From assembly GCA_003599205.1 (NCBI GenBank), contig QZJA01000006.1:1-33785 (forward strand): a stretch of 33,785 nucleotides of DNA, read 5' to 3'. The DNA is from Candidatus Parcubacteria bacterium. Lineage in GTDB: Bacteria > Patescibacteriota > Patescibacteriia > UBA1558 > GWA2-36-10. This document shows positions 33,046 through 33,785 of this stretch, in pieces; within the stretch, counting starts at the first letter, position 1; each line of letters begins with the position of its first letter. The translations under genes were made by a program, and so were the position numbers. The notes beneath the pieces were generated by a model. The model saw nothing but the letters and a program-made list of their open reading frames with translations, made no database searches and was not told where the DNA came from.

Positions 33046-33720
33046 ATGAAAGGAAAATTTATTGTGATTGACGGAACTGATGGTTCTGGCAAAGCAACAC
33101 AGGTGAAAATTTTGGAAGAACGTTTGAAAAAAGAAGGCCACGATGTGGTAGTGGTTGATTTTCCTCGTTATGGCAATCCGTCAGCTTTTTTTGTGACCAA
33201 ATACTTAAACGGCGAGTATGGTCAGGCTGAGGATGTGGGAGCCAAACGTGGCTCTTTGTTTTATGCTCTGGATCGCTATGACGCCAAATTTCAAATGGAA
33301 AAGGATTTGGCCGAGGGCAAGATTATTTTGGCCAATCGTTATGTATCGGCTAATATGGGGCATCAGGGTGGCAAAATCTCTGATCCCGATAAGCGAGTGG
33401 AATTTCTCAAGTGGCTCTATGAATTGGAATACGAGATTTTGGGTATTCCCAAGCCTGACGCCAATATTATTCTCCATGTTTCCGCCAAAATCAGTCAGGA
33501 GCTAGTGGACAAAAAGGGCCATCGAGATTATGTCGGCGGTGAAAAAAGAGATTTGCACGAAGCTGATATCAAACATCTGCAAATGGCTGAGCAAACTTAT
33601 CTGTGGGTTACTGATAATTATCCGGAATTTTTTTTGGTAGAATGTGTCAAAGATGATCAAATCATGACTAGAGAAGAAATTCATGAATTGATTTGGGCAA
33701 AAGTGAAAGAATTGATATAA
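33046..33720 (+). CDS. tmk: Thymidylate kinase
   Basis: P-loop FIVIDGTDGSGKATQ, DRY motif (ALDRYD), and a lid region. Confidence 0.9.
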   Translation: MKGKFIVIDGTDGSGKATQVKILEERLKKEGHDVVVVDFPRYGNPSAFFVTKYLNGEYGQAEDVGAKRGSLFYALDRYDAKFQMEKDLAEGKIILANRYVSANMGHQGGKISDPDKRVEFLKWLYELEYEILGIPKPDANIILHVSAKISQELVDKKGHRDYVGGEKRDLHEADIKHLQMAEQTYLWVTDNYPEFFLVECVKDDQIMTREEIHELIWAKVKELI

Positions 33721-33727
33721 TGTATCT

Positions 33728-33785
33728 ATGGCAAAATACGAAACAATTATTGGGTTAGAGATACACTTGCAACTCAAAACCAAGA
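33728..33785 (+). CDS. gatB: Asp/Glu-tRNA amidotransferase subunit B, 5' end only (runs off the window)
   Basis: Translation MAKYETIIGLEIHLQLKTK matches the conserved GatB N-terminus (YE.VIGLE.H.QL.T.). Confidence 0.75.
   Translation, partial: MAKYETIIGLEIHLQLKTK

Overview
AT-rich, gene-dense bacterial chromosome segment read under the standard code. About 55 genes are tightly packed, many with 1-4 nt start/stop overlaps. The gene content is consistent with a small-genome monoderm lineage such as Patescibacteria/CPR, but that is inference. From left to right: (1) three secreted proteins of unknown function, at 2-4560. (2) A complete type IV pilus locus at 4.6-17.4 kb: pilM, pilN-like, pilO-like, pilB, a receiver-only response regulator, a pilT-like gene with degenerate catalytic motifs, pilC, the major pilin, pilD, three class-III-signal minor pilins and a PilX-like protein. 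No secretin is present. (3) Housekeeping genes ligA, gatC, gatA, a DsbA-like oxidoreductase and lgt. (4) An unusual tRNA-Asp locus at 23.37-23.76 kb, where an intact tRNA sits inside a loop-expanded second copy of itself. (5) A patch of small genes, including two zinc-ribbon candidates. (6) infC-rpmI-rplT and smpB-ssrA on the minus strand. (7) An unclassified ~165-nt structured RNA candidate. (8) A compact thymidylate/deoxypyrimidine cluster: dCMP deaminase, a P-loop kinase, thyA, folA, an unknown gene, dut and tmk. The window ends with the 5' end of gatB. I found no CRISPR array, transposase or integrase. All functional calls rest on motif recognition by eye; no database search was run.
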